Origin: a virus
Taxonomy: Duplodnaviria; Heunggongvirae; Uroviricota; Caudoviricetes
Direction: 5' to 3' (one strand)
IMG/VR virus record: IMGVR_UViG_3300042549_006728
DNA: 64,000 nucleotides
Each line of letters starts with the position of its first letter. The stretch's first letter is position 1. The notes under the pieces were generated by a model. The model made no database searches and was not told the origin of the DNA. It was given only the letters and a program-made list of their open reading frames with translations. Shown here in pieces: positions 39,819 through 49,800 of this stretch. The translations under genes were made by a program, and so were the position numbers.

Positions 39819-41201
39819 TTAATTGAAATTTTCTCTTTTTTTATTTAAAGTATCCTGTATAAATGAAGAATCCTTTTTCTTAGATAATTTATCATGTTCT
39901 AATAAAGTAACATCTCTACTATCACTAGTGTCAATAACTAACGTTCCATTATCAAATAAGATGTCTTCAAATACAACACCATCTTTACCAAATCTAGATT
40001 TAAGTATGGCTAAAGTTGCTCGTCCCTCTTCTTTCTGTTCTAATGTTTTAGCTGCGGATAAAATAAAGTGTCCGATTTGTCCTTTCTTAATAGAACCACC
40101 CATCATATGAGCTTCCACTAAATCTGCACCTATTGAACTTCTATTACCTTGAACTGCAGTCCAACCAGCGACATCTAATTCAGAAATCATAGTTTCGAAT
40201 TGTCTCATTACATTTCCTTCACCACTATATTCATCTTTAAATTGTTTAGTCGGTTGAACACAATCAATATAATCAAGGAATATAATATCAGGTTTTATAC
40301 CGTTAGATATTAATTTTCTAAGATATTGTCTAATATGTGGTATTGTAGTACCATCACTAGGCATTTTCTTTAAAATTAAATTTCCTGATGTATTTTGGAA
40401 ATTAGATAACTTTTGTTCAACTTCTTCTTTTCTATCACTAAGTTCACCTAAAGGTACTTCTGTAAAACAAGTAAAATGTTTTCTTTGAATTACCTTCGGG
40501 TTATCCTCAAAAAATATTTGAACAACATTTTTACCCATTTTATAGGCGGTGTTCGCCATTCTAGTCATTAATGTAGTTTTACCTACACCAAATGCCGCTA
40601 AAATAACACCTAACTCACCTTTGGATAAACCTCCACCCATTAAGTTATCTATCCCCACTAACCCAGTAGGTATAGGACTCCTAAAATCATCTGACAAAAC
40701 ATCTTCAATTGCATGAAAAATATCAACACTATCGTCTTTTTCAGTACCTACAGTTATAGCTTGTTTAACAATTTCCTCACACTCATCGTAACGATCAAAA
40801 TCTCCCGTATCTAAGATTTTTTGAATTTTTAAAGTAGCCTTCTTAAGTTCCTGTTGCTTACAGAATTTAATGGCAACGTCTTGTGTGTGTAAACAATCTT
40901 TATTATCTGAATCTTTAACCTCTTTAATTAACTCATTTGCCGATTCTCTCGTAATTTCTCTTCTTACTTCTGTTTTAATAAGGTTAAATATGGTTTCATA
41001 AGACGGTATGGTCTCATACTTTTCATAATAGTTCTTAACACTAGCAACAATCAATCTCATATACTCATTATCAAAATAATTTGGATCGATTATAGAAATA
41101 ATACTCTCCGAAAATTTTTGATCTTCTACCAATTGTTTTACTAGTTTTACTTGGAAACTGTATCCCAAATACCCTAAATTAGAACTTTCATTTTTTGACA
41201 T
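39819..41201 (-). CDS. dnaB: replicative DNA helicase (DnaB / T4 gp41-like)
   Basis: IPTGLVGIDNLMGGGL, Walker A AFGVGKTT, FFED, FLDYID, VQGNRS, ILKSRFG. Confidence 0.92.
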   Translation of the reverse strand: MSKNESSNLGYLGYSFQVKLVKQLVEDQKFSESIISIIDPNYFDNEYMRLIVASVKNYYEKYETIPSYETIFNLIKTEVRREITRESANELIKEVKDSDNKDCLHTQDVAIKFCKQQELKKATLKIQKILDTGDFDRYDECEEIVKQAITVGTEKDDSVDIFHAIEDVLSDDFRSPIPTGLVGIDNLMGGGLSKGELGVILAAFGVGKTTLMTRMANTAYKMGKNVVQIFFEDNPKVIQRKHFTCFTEVPLGELSDRKEEVEQKLSNFQNTSGNLILKKMPSDGTTIPHIRQYLRKLISNGIKPDIIFLDYIDCVQPTKQFKDEYSGEGNVMRQFETMISELDVAGWTAVQGNRSSIGADLVEAHMMGGSIKKGQIGHFILSAAKTLEQKEEGRATLAILKSRFGKDGVVFEDILFDNGTLVIDTSDSRDVTLLEHDKLSKKKDSSFIQDTLNKKRENFN

Positions 41202-41209
41202 AACTTTTT

Positions 41210-41716
41210 TTAGATTTGTTTATTAATAAATATATGACTTAACTCATAACCGCAGTAATTTTTTGTATAATTTTTTTGCCCCATTCCTATTTGGATAGTA
41301 TCGATGATTTTTGGAATTATTTTTCTTATGTCCACATCATATCTTACTTTAGGTGGGAAATCATTTCCAGTGAAAATCTTCTCAATTATTACTTTACCAT
41401 CTAACTTAATTTGGAAGGTGAAGAAGTCTTCATTTTCATATATATCTTTTACCTCTGTATTTTCATCACTATTCTCCACAAAATAATTGTAATACTTATA
41501 AAGGTATTCATATGTATTATTTTTGAAGTGTAATTTAATTACATCAACAACATCGTCTATAATATCTCTCAACTCTATCGAATTAACACAATCTCTGTTA
41601 AAATTTTTGATTGGGAAATTTCTACCTACTATTGGATTCCCATTAATCATAAACAAAAATTCATATGGGTAACTTTGATAACTCTTTTTCGTAACTGCAT
41701 TCATAACTGTATTCAT
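41210..41716 (-). CDS. hypothetical protein
   Basis: 168-aa ORF coupled between the exonuclease and helicase genes. Confidence 0.75.
   Translation of the reverse strand: MNTVMNAVTKKSYQSYPYEFLFMINGNPIVGRNFPIKNFNRDCVNSIELRDIIDDVVDVIKLHFKNNTYEYLYKYYNYFVENSDENTEVKDIYENEDFFTFQIKLDGKVIIEKIFTGNDFPPKVRYDVDIRKIIPKIIDTIQIGMGQKNYTKNYCGYELSHIFINKQI
41224..41233 (-). promoter_or_regulatory. putative late-promoter motif ATATTTATTA
   Basis: Inside the 3' end of the upstream ORF, 22 nt before the helicase ATG. Confidence 0.35.
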
Positions 41717-42756
41717 TTTAAACTATTATAATATTTTTTTTCTTTTTTAATTAACGATAAAAATGGTTGTAAAAAATTTATATACCCATCTTGTCCTCCA
41801 GGTATCGCCATCATTAAACCATCTTCCATCATCATCTTTATCACGTTTTTTATTTCTCTACCTTCAGGATCAATTGTTGTGGACATTAAATAATCTATAT
41901 CAGATTTTGTGTTTTCAGTTATTAAAGGTTCACTCAGATCAATTAATTTTTCATTAACTTCAAAAATTTTGTCTTTTTGGATACCTTTAGTCACTCTATT
42001 TATAATATTGTCCAACGATTTTAAATTACTTTTTCTTTCCTTTTGTATATATTCAATCTTACTAAAAATATACTCCAAAGTCAAAGTTTTTTCTTTAATT
42101 TCAGGAAAAAATTTAAATAGGGTTTTTTCACTTACACCTGTGATTCCTTTTATGTTATCACTAGTGTCACCAGATATAATTTTAATTAATTTTAGATTAC
42201 TATAATGATGGTTGAAGTGTTCTAAATAGTTATCTTTCGTCACTATCTTTTTAAGGTTAATTAGGTATATTGCAACCCTCTCACCTATTAACTGACACAT
42301 ATCTCTATCATTAGTCATTATAACAACTTTCTCATCTTCTGAGATGTTCTTTACATAATAACCTATTAAATCATCTGCTTCGACAATATCATCACTGTAC
42401 TGTCTTATAAACAATTCTTCACAATAAAATTTTACTCTTTCTTTCTGTAGATATAAATCTAGTTCAGATGGTGGTTGATCAACATAAAAATCTTTTTCCC
42501 TATTTAATTTATAATCTTTATAAATTTCATATCTCAACCTTCCACTAAATTGACCGTCCCAAAAAACATAAACTTTATCAAATTTATATTCATTCATCAT
42601 TTTTCTTAACATAGTAAGGAATTGAAAAATTCCACCTATATGGGTATCTTTATGGTAAAGATCTTTAGCCCCATAATAGGCGGTTTTAATCAATGAATCT
42701 CCATCCACTAATAAAGTTTTTTGAAACGTACTTTCTCTTTTACTTGGGATTTTCAC
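41713..42756 (-). CDS. 5'-3' exonuclease / flap endonuclease (T4 RNase H / PolA N-domain-like), GTG start
   Basis: LLVDGDS, VFWDG, RYEIYKDYK, VEADDLIG, TNDRDMCQL, GDTSDNIKGITGV. Confidence 0.9.
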   Translation of the reverse strand: MKIPSKRESTFQKTLLVDGDSLIKTAYYGAKDLYHKDTHIGGIFQFLTMLRKMMNEYKFDKVYVFWDGQFSGRLRYEIYKDYKLNREKDFYVDQPPSELDLYLQKERVKFYCEELFIRQYSDDIVEADDLIGYYVKNISEDEKVVIMTNDRDMCQLIGERVAIYLINLKKIVTKDNYLEHFNHHYSNLKLIKIISGDTSDNIKGITGVSEKTLFKFFPEIKEKTLTLEYIFSKIEYIQKERKSNLKSLDNIINRVTKGIQKDKIFEVNEKLIDLSEPLITENTKSDIDYLMSTTIDPEGREIKNVIKMMMEDGLMMAIPGGQDGYINFLQPFLSLIKKEKKYYNSLK

Positions 42757-42781
42757 AAACCATCATTTAATGGTTAAACAA

Positions 42782-43831
42782 TCAAACATCTGAGTAGTCA
42801 ACAGGTGAATCTATAAATCCTTCTTCTACTACGTCAAAAGATACATCATCACCGAAGCCTTCAAATACTTCTGCCCAATAATCTTTATTTTCAGTTTTGT
42901 AGTCATCTATAGCCTTTTTATCATCTTCGATAAAACCATGTGTAGTTGCCAATATTTTATTATCAGCGTAACCCAAACCATTCATATGATTTTTATGAAT
43001 ACCTACTTTAGTTCTAATTGCGAAGTTGACTTTTCTACCTTTATTGGTTGCAGATAATTTAGATACACTAGCACTTTTTTGGTTTCCAAATAAGAATACC
43101 AATGCACAAGATAAATAAATTGAATTTCCACCTTTTGGTTGAATTGTAGGTTGTCCGAATGGATTATCAGGTATTGCTACCCAAGGTTGGTTCACAAATA
43201 TCATTGTATTTGTATATGGGTAACTTTCTTTTCTTGATGATGTAATTCTCTGAGCCAATCCCATACCCCATTTTTCAGAAATAACTCTAGCAGTATGTTG
43301 ATTACCTCCCTTACCCTCAAAACTCATTTGACAAGGTATAGTTCCTATTGAGTCCCATAAAAATACGATATCATAAGGGATTTCACCATTCTTTTGTGCG
43401 TTTAATACTTCATTAACATATTCAAATGCTTGTTCTATAAAATCAAAACCTAATTTATATAACAAAAATCCATCCCAATACGCACTTACCTCACCTGTTT
43501 TCTCATCTACTTCTTCAATATACTCAGTTTCTAACCCCATTTGTTTGGCGTGTTCAAAACTAAATTTTTGTTCTGTAATAATAAAAACAGGTAGGATTCC
43601 TTTTTTCTGTGCATCTACTGCACTCTTAATTAAGGCAGTAGTTTTTCCTGTGTCAGAATGTCCTAATAACATATTAATCTGACCCATAGCTGGTCCTGGT
43701 AATCCAGTTGACTTCTGAAAGGCTTCACCTAGATCAAAGTACTTTTGTTCTTTGTACTTATCACTAGATGAAAATTTCTTTCTTATAGAAGAGAATTCAG
43801 ATACTTTTTTCTTTAATGGTGTCTTAGCCAT
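42782..43831 (-). CDS. recA: RecA/UvsX-like recombinase
   Basis: Walker A GHSDTGKTT, TEQK, FLWDSIG, VNQ, KGGNSI. Confidence 0.88.
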   Translation of the reverse strand: MAKTPLKKKVSEFSSIRKKFSSSDKYKEQKYFDLGEAFQKSTGLPGPAMGQINMLLGHSDTGKTTALIKSAVDAQKKGILPVFIITEQKFSFEHAKQMGLETEYIEEVDEKTGEVSAYWDGFLLYKLGFDFIEQAFEYVNEVLNAQKNGEIPYDIVFLWDSIGTIPCQMSFEGKGGNQHTARVISEKWGMGLAQRITSSRKESYPYTNTMIFVNQPWVAIPDNPFGQPTIQPKGGNSIYLSCALVFLFGNQKSASVSKLSATNKGRKVNFAIRTKVGIHKNHMNGLGYADNKILATTHGFIEDDKKAIDDYKTENKDYWAEVFEGFGDDVSFDVVEEGFIDSPVDYSDV

Positions 43832-43840
43832 AGTTTATAA

Positions 43841-44752
43841 TTAAAATGGTAATTCATCATCATCCTCATCCAAACTAGTTGGTGCGAAATCATCCTCATC
43901 ATCATCATCATCTGATGCATCTTGACTCACCAAATCTTTTGATTTAAATGTTTCCGATTTCATCATGTTGATCTCTTCACTCAAAGAGGCAGTTTCTTTT
44001 TCCTCTTTATCTTCTTCCGCAACAAATTTCTTTTGTTCAGAATCCCAAATAGGTGTTTTATTTGTCGCCACAATATCTAAGTACTCTTGTGGTTTTTTAG
44101 AATACACATCTCTATGTGTCTCTACATTACCAAACCACACATTCGCCTTTTCTTTGTCAGTAGTTAAAATAGAAACATCGTCAGCCATAATAGAATTTAC
44201 AACACTGTGTTGTTTATCATTTCTACCTGTAGTCATTAGTAAATCTCTACCTTCTCTAGGATCACTAATATCACCTTTAAGTTTAAAAAGTGGTATGATT
44301 TTATCCATAATACCGTCACCAGTATATTTATGTTTAAATCTCCAAAACTTAACCCCATCTTCCTCGTTATCTCTATCAATTCCTTTTACTACATAGAATT
44401 TTCTAGCGATAAACTCCTTTGCCAATTTTTTAGCTCTCTCAGAACCATCTTCGTAAAGGGCATCTTTTGCTTCACATAAAGGACAGTGTTCACCATCGTT
44501 TAAATGACTACAATAAATCTTTTCCCATTTACCATTAACTTGTTTTTCATGATAATATACCTCGGTGAAAGGACTATTTCCATCTTTGTTAGGTAAAATC
44601 CTAAACCTTTTTGTTTGTGACTTAACACCTTTCGGTAATTTTTCACTGAAATACTTCTTCAGTCTGTCTTCACTAGACATCTTAGTAGTAGTTTTTTTAT
44701 CTTCAGTATTTTTTTCGTACTGGGATAAAATTGCATCTAAAGTTTTACTCAT
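43841..44752 (-). CDS. single-stranded DNA-binding protein, T4 gp32-like
   Basis: RFRILP, PFTEVYYH, C-x8-CPLC zinc site, KFWRF, EGRDL; acidic tail ending DDDELPF. Confidence 0.85.
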   Translation of the reverse strand: MSKTLDAILSQYEKNTEDKKTTTKMSSEDRLKKYFSEKLPKGVKSQTKRFRILPNKDGNSPFTEVYYHEKQVNGKWEKIYCSHLNDGEHCPLCEAKDALYEDGSERAKKLAKEFIARKFYVVKGIDRDNEEDGVKFWRFKHKYTGDGIMDKIIPLFKLKGDISDPREGRDLLMTTGRNDKQHSVVNSIMADDVSILTTDKEKANVWFGNVETHRDVYSKKPQEYLDIVATNKTPIWDSEQKKFVAEEDKEEKETASLSEEINMMKSETFKSKDLVSQDASDDDDDEDDFAPTSLDEDDDELPF

Positions 44753-44780
44753 TTTTTCTTTTTTAATGATTAATAATATA

Positions 44781-44811
44781 CAAATATACTCATTTTTTAT
44801 CCGAAAGTCAA
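44781..44811 (-). promoter_or_regulatory. promoter TTG-N20-TATATTTG (also reads TTGACT-N17-TATATT)
   Basis: Immediately downstream of a terminator and upstream of the SSB-recA-exonuclease-helicase block. Confidence 0.75.
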
Positions 44812-44833
44812 TAATCTACAGAAAAATAAAAAT

Positions 44834-44861
44834 AAAAAAACCCCACTTTGTTAGTGAGGTT
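44834..44861 (-). terminator. intrinsic terminator
   Basis: Minus-strand RNA AACCUCACU-AACAA-AGUGGGGUU followed by a U-run, 22 nt after stop 44883. Confidence 0.8.
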
Positions 44862-44882
44862 CTTAAATTTTTTCAATTTTGT

Positions 44883-45626
44883 TTAGTCTTCTTCCTTATC
44901 TTTATAATTAAAAGAACTTTTTATTTCATTCCTATCAAAATTTTCTACATCACTTTGTCTTAGAACATATTCTTCTTCGTTTTCTTCAGTGGCTTCATAA
45001 CCTTCTTTGTCTTTCCAAAAATCTGTTAATTTTACACTATATGGGAATGATTGCATAGATCTCATTTCTAATCTTTCTACTGGAGTAGGATTTCTTTTTT
45101 CAATTTCCTTTTCTAAAGTTTCTATTTTATCAATTACTTTATCCATACCAGATACTTGATTTTCAAGATCTGTTAATTTTGTTAATAATTCATCCATTTT
45201 AGTACTAACTCCTTCAACTGAAGTTTTTGTTGCTTCTGTATTATCAACAATATCTGTGACATCTACCTCTACTGTATCTTCACCAGATTCAACTTCTGTA
45301 TCGGCAAATTCATCTTCAATCTCCACATCCTCTTCTTCACCTTCTTCTGGTTCTTTATCAGTTTTGGTATCTCCTTCAGGTGCAGGTGTTTCTGTTTTTG
45401 ATTCGGCTCCAGGTGCGGGTGGTGGGGGTGGAGGTGTTGTAGTCTCTTCATCCGCCACATCCATAAATGGATCATCACCAGCAGGATCTTGTTCAGTTAA
45501 AAAAGAATCATCAAGTAATAAATCACCATTCTCATCTTTTTCCTTATCTTCAGGAACATAAAAAGTATATTCTAAAAGTTGTTTATATCTTTTTAAATCC
45601 TCAGAAATCAATTTTTTATTATTCAT
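44883..45626 (-). CDS. acidic leader-bearing protein, possible prohead core/scaffold
   Basis: Leader KKLISEDLKRYKQLLEY, FLTEQ site, poly-Pro and E/D-rich linker, coiled coil. Confidence 0.6.
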   Translation of the reverse strand: MNNKKLISEDLKRYKQLLEYTFYVPEDKEKDENGDLLLDDSFLTEQDPAGDDPFMDVADEETTTPPPPPPAPGAESKTETPAPEGDTKTDKEPEEGEEEDVEIEDEFADTEVESGEDTVEVDVTDIVDNTEATKTSVEGVSTKMDELLTKLTDLENQVSGMDKVIDKIETLEKEIEKRNPTPVERLEMRSMQSFPYSVKLTDFWKDKEGYEATEENEEEYVLRQSDVENFDRNEIKSSFNYKDKEED

Positions 45627-45631
45627 AATTT

Positions 45632-45820
45632 TTATATTAAAAGTTGTCTACCATCGTTAGTTTTGTAAACTTTATTTACTCTCTCGACAATTTCTTTTCC
45701 GTCATTAATTAGACATTCATCACCAACACATTCCTCTTTTTGAGTTTTTTTGTTAGATAAAAAATAATCTAATTCATTTTCTAAATTGTCACTATTTTTT
45801 TTATTTTTATTATCTTCCAT
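45632..45820 (-). CDS. small hypothetical protein
   Basis: 62 aa, preceded by the ATATTTATTA motif, packed against the next gene. Confidence 0.7.
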   Translation of the reverse strand: MEDNKNKKNSDNLENELDYFLSNKKTQKEECVGDECLINDGKEIVERVNKVYKTNDGRQLLI

Positions 45821-45835
45821 AACATTTTATTTTAT

Positions 45836-45845
45836 TAATAAATAT
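45836..45845 (-). promoter_or_regulatory. putative late-promoter motif ATATTTATTA
   Basis: Intergenic, 15 nt before ATG 45820. Confidence 0.5.
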
Positions 45846-45852
45846 CTTATTT

Positions 45853-46263
45853 TTAAGAAAAATCTTTATTTATATCTATAATTTTTAACTCATCATTTTT
45901 TATGATAATTATTTTATTCTGATACTCATCCCAGTTAATTTTATATTCTAAATAATTTATGTTTCCATTTTCTAAATTATTTAATGTTTCTATAAGTTTA
46001 TTTAAGGCATTAATGGTGTAAAAACACTCACCTTTTTTGTGAACTATTATTGTTGGGGGATATATAGATGACATATCAATTTTAGTATTATCTACTAATG
46101 ATACCCTATAAGTGATTATTTTTTTATTATCCTCAAAATATGAGTACTGAAATATATTTTCTTCTGATATTTTGAATCTTTTCTGTAGATATTTTTTAAA
46201 GGTATCTACTTTATCAACATATACAAATGATGCTAATGTAATAATTTTAGTTGTTGTCTCCAT
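45853..46263 (-). CDS. hypothetical protein
   Basis: 136-aa ORF overlapping the upstream gene. Confidence 0.75.
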   Translation of the reverse strand: METTTKIITLASFVYVDKVDTFKKYLQKRFKISEENIFQYSYFEDNKKIITYRVSLVDNTKIDMSSIYPPTIIVHKKGECFYTINALNKLIETLNNLENGNINYLEYKINWDEYQNKIIIIKNDELKIIDINKDFS

Positions 46264-46849
46264 TTTTAATAATATAGGGGATAAGTCTGTTTTTATTTTT
46301 TATCTTAAATAAAAAATCCCTGTAATTATTAAATATCTTAGAATCTATCAAAACACTATTTTTTAATTTTTTAATTCTATCTAATACCTTTTCTTTTTTA
46401 TCATCAAAATATCCAATAATATTCAAATCGATACCAAAAATTATATTTTCACCAAAGATATAAACCATATTATTTTCAGACATAAAAATATGTGATTCTT
46501 TTAATGTTAAGATTTTCTTTATTATTTTTTTAGTAGTTGATTTTTTACTATATAAAATATCTAGATATACATATGGTACATTGTCACCAAAGATATTATA
46601 AGTGAACTCTTTGAACTCCTCTATATCTACTTCATAATCTACTTTTCTTTCTTTTGTGTTGAATGTCCAAAACGTTTTTTGATCAATACATTTATGTAGT
46701 ATTGATATGGTATTACCATATAATTCTTTAACTAATCCCCAACCAACAATTATAGTCGGTAAGTCATTATCTATAGAGTGATAATCACTAAAATATTTAA
46801 ACCCATCTATGTGGATTTCTGAACCTGATACTACATTTCCAAAATACAT
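46247..46849 (-). CDS. hypothetical protein
   Basis: 200-aa ORF with a TAnnTTTG element 4 nt upstream. Confidence 0.75.
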   Translation of the reverse strand: MYFGNVVSGSEIHIDGFKYFSDYHSIDNDLPTIIVGWGLVKELYGNTISILHKCIDQKTFWTFNTKERKVDYEVDIEEFKEFTYNIFGDNVPYVYLDILYSKKSTTKKIIKKILTLKESHIFMSENNMVYIFGENIIFGIDLNIIGYFDDKKEKVLDRIKKLKNSVLIDSKIFNNYRDFLFKIKNKNRLIPYIIKNGDNN

Positions 46850-46853
46850 AATA

Positions 46854-46861
46854 CAAATATA
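46854..46861 (-). promoter_or_regulatory. Bacteroidota-type -7 element TATATTTG
   Basis: TTTTTACTATATTTG tatt ATG; same TTTTACTA-n-TTTGTA context as the primase site. Confidence 0.6.
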
Positions 46862-46880
46862 GTAAAAATATTTTAAAAAG

Positions 46881-49800
46881 TTAAGGTCCTGGATTAAAAT
46901 AATTAATTAATGGTTCCCCATTTTTTTGTGTAAGGTTAGTTAAAACCTTTTCAAAAGTAATAAATGCATTTTCTATAGGTTTTGCATTATACTGATGAGA
47001 TACCCCAATACATTTAGAATAAACGGTTGCAGAACCACTATCCAAACTAGAAAAATCATATGCAGATTTATTATTATCTTTCAAATAATTCCACATTTTT
47101 ATACTAGTTCCCATAGCAGCTACTTCTGTGTCGGATGCCACTTTAGGGTTAGTTTGCCCTAAATCTTTTAAAATATCTGTATATTGTTTCCTACCTATTA
47201 CATATAAATAACCTCTAGGTTTGTATCTATATGCGTCACCTTCAAATATGTTATAGTATTTAAGGGTTTTAATTAAATTACTTTCGTCTTTTAATAGTTT
47301 TGATAATTCTTTTTCTAATTTTTCTTTCTCAGTTTTTTCTGTGGCAATATTAATATCTAATTTAGGTAATCTTTCGTTAATTTCTTTTTTCCTATTTTCT
47401 ATTTGATTGTTGATTGCGAATTCTTTTAAATCATCGTTACCTGGAATATTATATGAAATATCATCTATACTTCCACCCGTAAAAATAGGTAGGGATAAAA
47501 GATAACCTTCAATATCTGGTGTACTTGTATTACCATAATATTTATTTTTACCTTTGTTTAATAAATCACTATTAGGGAATTGGTTTATGTATGTTTCTTT
47601 ATTTTCTACACTCCATTCCATATCTTTATTTAATAAATTATTTGAATTGGATAATATTGAAGATAAAAACATAGTTACTTGTGAATTTGTTTTTATGTTT
47701 GATCCTTGTAATAGTATTCTCGTATCATTTAGTAGTTTACCTAAAACTTCATCTGTAAATTGAGTGACCCCAATTCGTTTAAATTTATCAATTGATGTTG
47801 CATTATTACTTAGGTTATTTTCAAAATCAAATGCGTCTTTAGGGTTTAAAACACCAATACTTAATAAACTATTTTTATTATTTAAATTAGTAAATTCTAT
47901 TTTAGGTGTCTCACTACTTTCATTTAAATCGACATCTAAATCTGCAGTTATTTGTTTTGCTGGTGATGTAATATATCTAGATTGTCTTAATCCCTCAAAA
48001 CTTGTAGACATTTGATTTGGTGTAATGTTATGGGTGACACTGGTGATTAAATAAGCCCCATTAAAGAATGGTACATTTTGTAAATCAAAATACATTAATG
48101 GTTGTATATTCATACAACCCATAGCCTCAACTTTGCAACTATAAGATCTAGTTTTAAATAATTTTAATAAATCTGTCCCTACATATGACTTTTGAGTTCC
48201 ACCTCTTTTATCAACTAAATCCGATATCGCTTTGAAATATTCTCCAGTCTCTCTATGTTCTTGTTGACTTAATGATACATTCTTAAAAACTGTTTGGTTT
48301 TGTGCACCAAAGGATACTCTAAATGCCACTAAAGACGATTCGTCTAGATTAATATCACCATTTTGAGCTACCGCATCGGAAGTGGAATTTGGATCAACTA
48401 AATCTGTAGGTAAATTTCCCGTAGTCAATGAAAATCCGTCATCTTTAAAGTAGTAATTACTCCTTTCACCAATATCTAAAGACTGAGATGCCCCACCAAC
48501 ATAAATACAACAAAATATCGGACCCGATGACTCATTTCTTTCTAATACTGTCTGTGGTTGAAATATCTTTGCAACTTCTTTCGCACTTTTAAAATTTATA
48601 TATGTCGGTAATATCTGAAATAAAAAGTTACTATCCCTTAATAGTTTTGATATGAAGAAATATACACTAGTATTTAAATTACTCCCTAAAGTAAGAAAAC
48701 TTTTTAAGTTAAAAGTCGCTTCATCACCAATGAATCTCCAACCCCTATCTATAAATTTAAAATACTCAAATAAATTTTTATCTGCTGAATCACCACATAT
48801 ACTAAATGAACCATCATTCCCAATCCATTTATTACTTATATTTTTAAAATAATTATATAATTGTAACTTTATGATATTAGTACTTTTATTATCATTTTTT
48901 ATCTCTTTATTTTCTTCAGTACCATTAACATTTTCTTTACCTACCTCGTTGAATTTTTTTCTAAAATTAGTAACATAATTTAAAAGAATCGATTTATCTA
49001 CAACTAATCCCTTTTTAGTTTTATTCTGATCAATTTTAGTTTTATCAAAAATATCGGGATTTAATAAAATTAAATCTGTTGTTTCTATTATTTTTTGAAA
49101 GATAAAAGATTTTGCGTTCTTTTTTTCTTCTTTTGTTAATGTAGGTTCTGTTATAATATCTGGAATATATAATTTCATATTCCTCTCAAAAGTGCCATTT
49201 TTTGTAGAATTAAAATTATCACTATCTACCCAATTTTTAAATTTATTAATAAGGGTATCTTTAACAGATTTAGGTAAATATATTAACTCATCTTCCAATA
49301 ACTCATTATCAATTTTATCCAATGTTTTATTATCTTTTATTAATTTATATCCAATTTTATTTAGGTAACAATTAGATGGAGTACTAAATAGACTATAATT
49401 TTTTTGTGGTGTTGTTGGAAATGTTAGAGGATCAGCATTAGTTATTGATTCTTCATATCTCCATAATAAAGCACCGATATAATAAACATAAAATTTAGGT
49501 AAGTTTATTATTCTAGCACCATCTTTTACTGTGGAATCAAAAACTGATTGTATAAAACCTTCTTTAAAGTTTCTAAATGGAAAAGTAGATAATAATAATA
49601 ATGCTCTAGAATAGTTAGATGCTTGTATATCATATAAATCTGAATATGTTAATACATCTTCATAATCAGTAGAACTATTAGAAGCGTTTTTAAAATATGT
49701 TCTATTAAGATACGTACTGTTATATGTAGTACCACTAGGATTTATATCCTCTAATGTGGACTTGTTTAAATTTCCTAATATTTCATTATTACTAGATTTT

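Noticed and set aside
42758-42775. 6-bp hairpin AACCAT-CATTTA-ATGGTT just upstream of the GTG start of the 5'-3' exonuclease
   Set aside because: Too short and AT-rich to distinguish from chance.
37863-43831. Inteins or group I introns in nrdJ, helicase or recA
   Set aside because: The ORFs are continuous, of normal length, and show no splicing or homing-endonuclease motifs.
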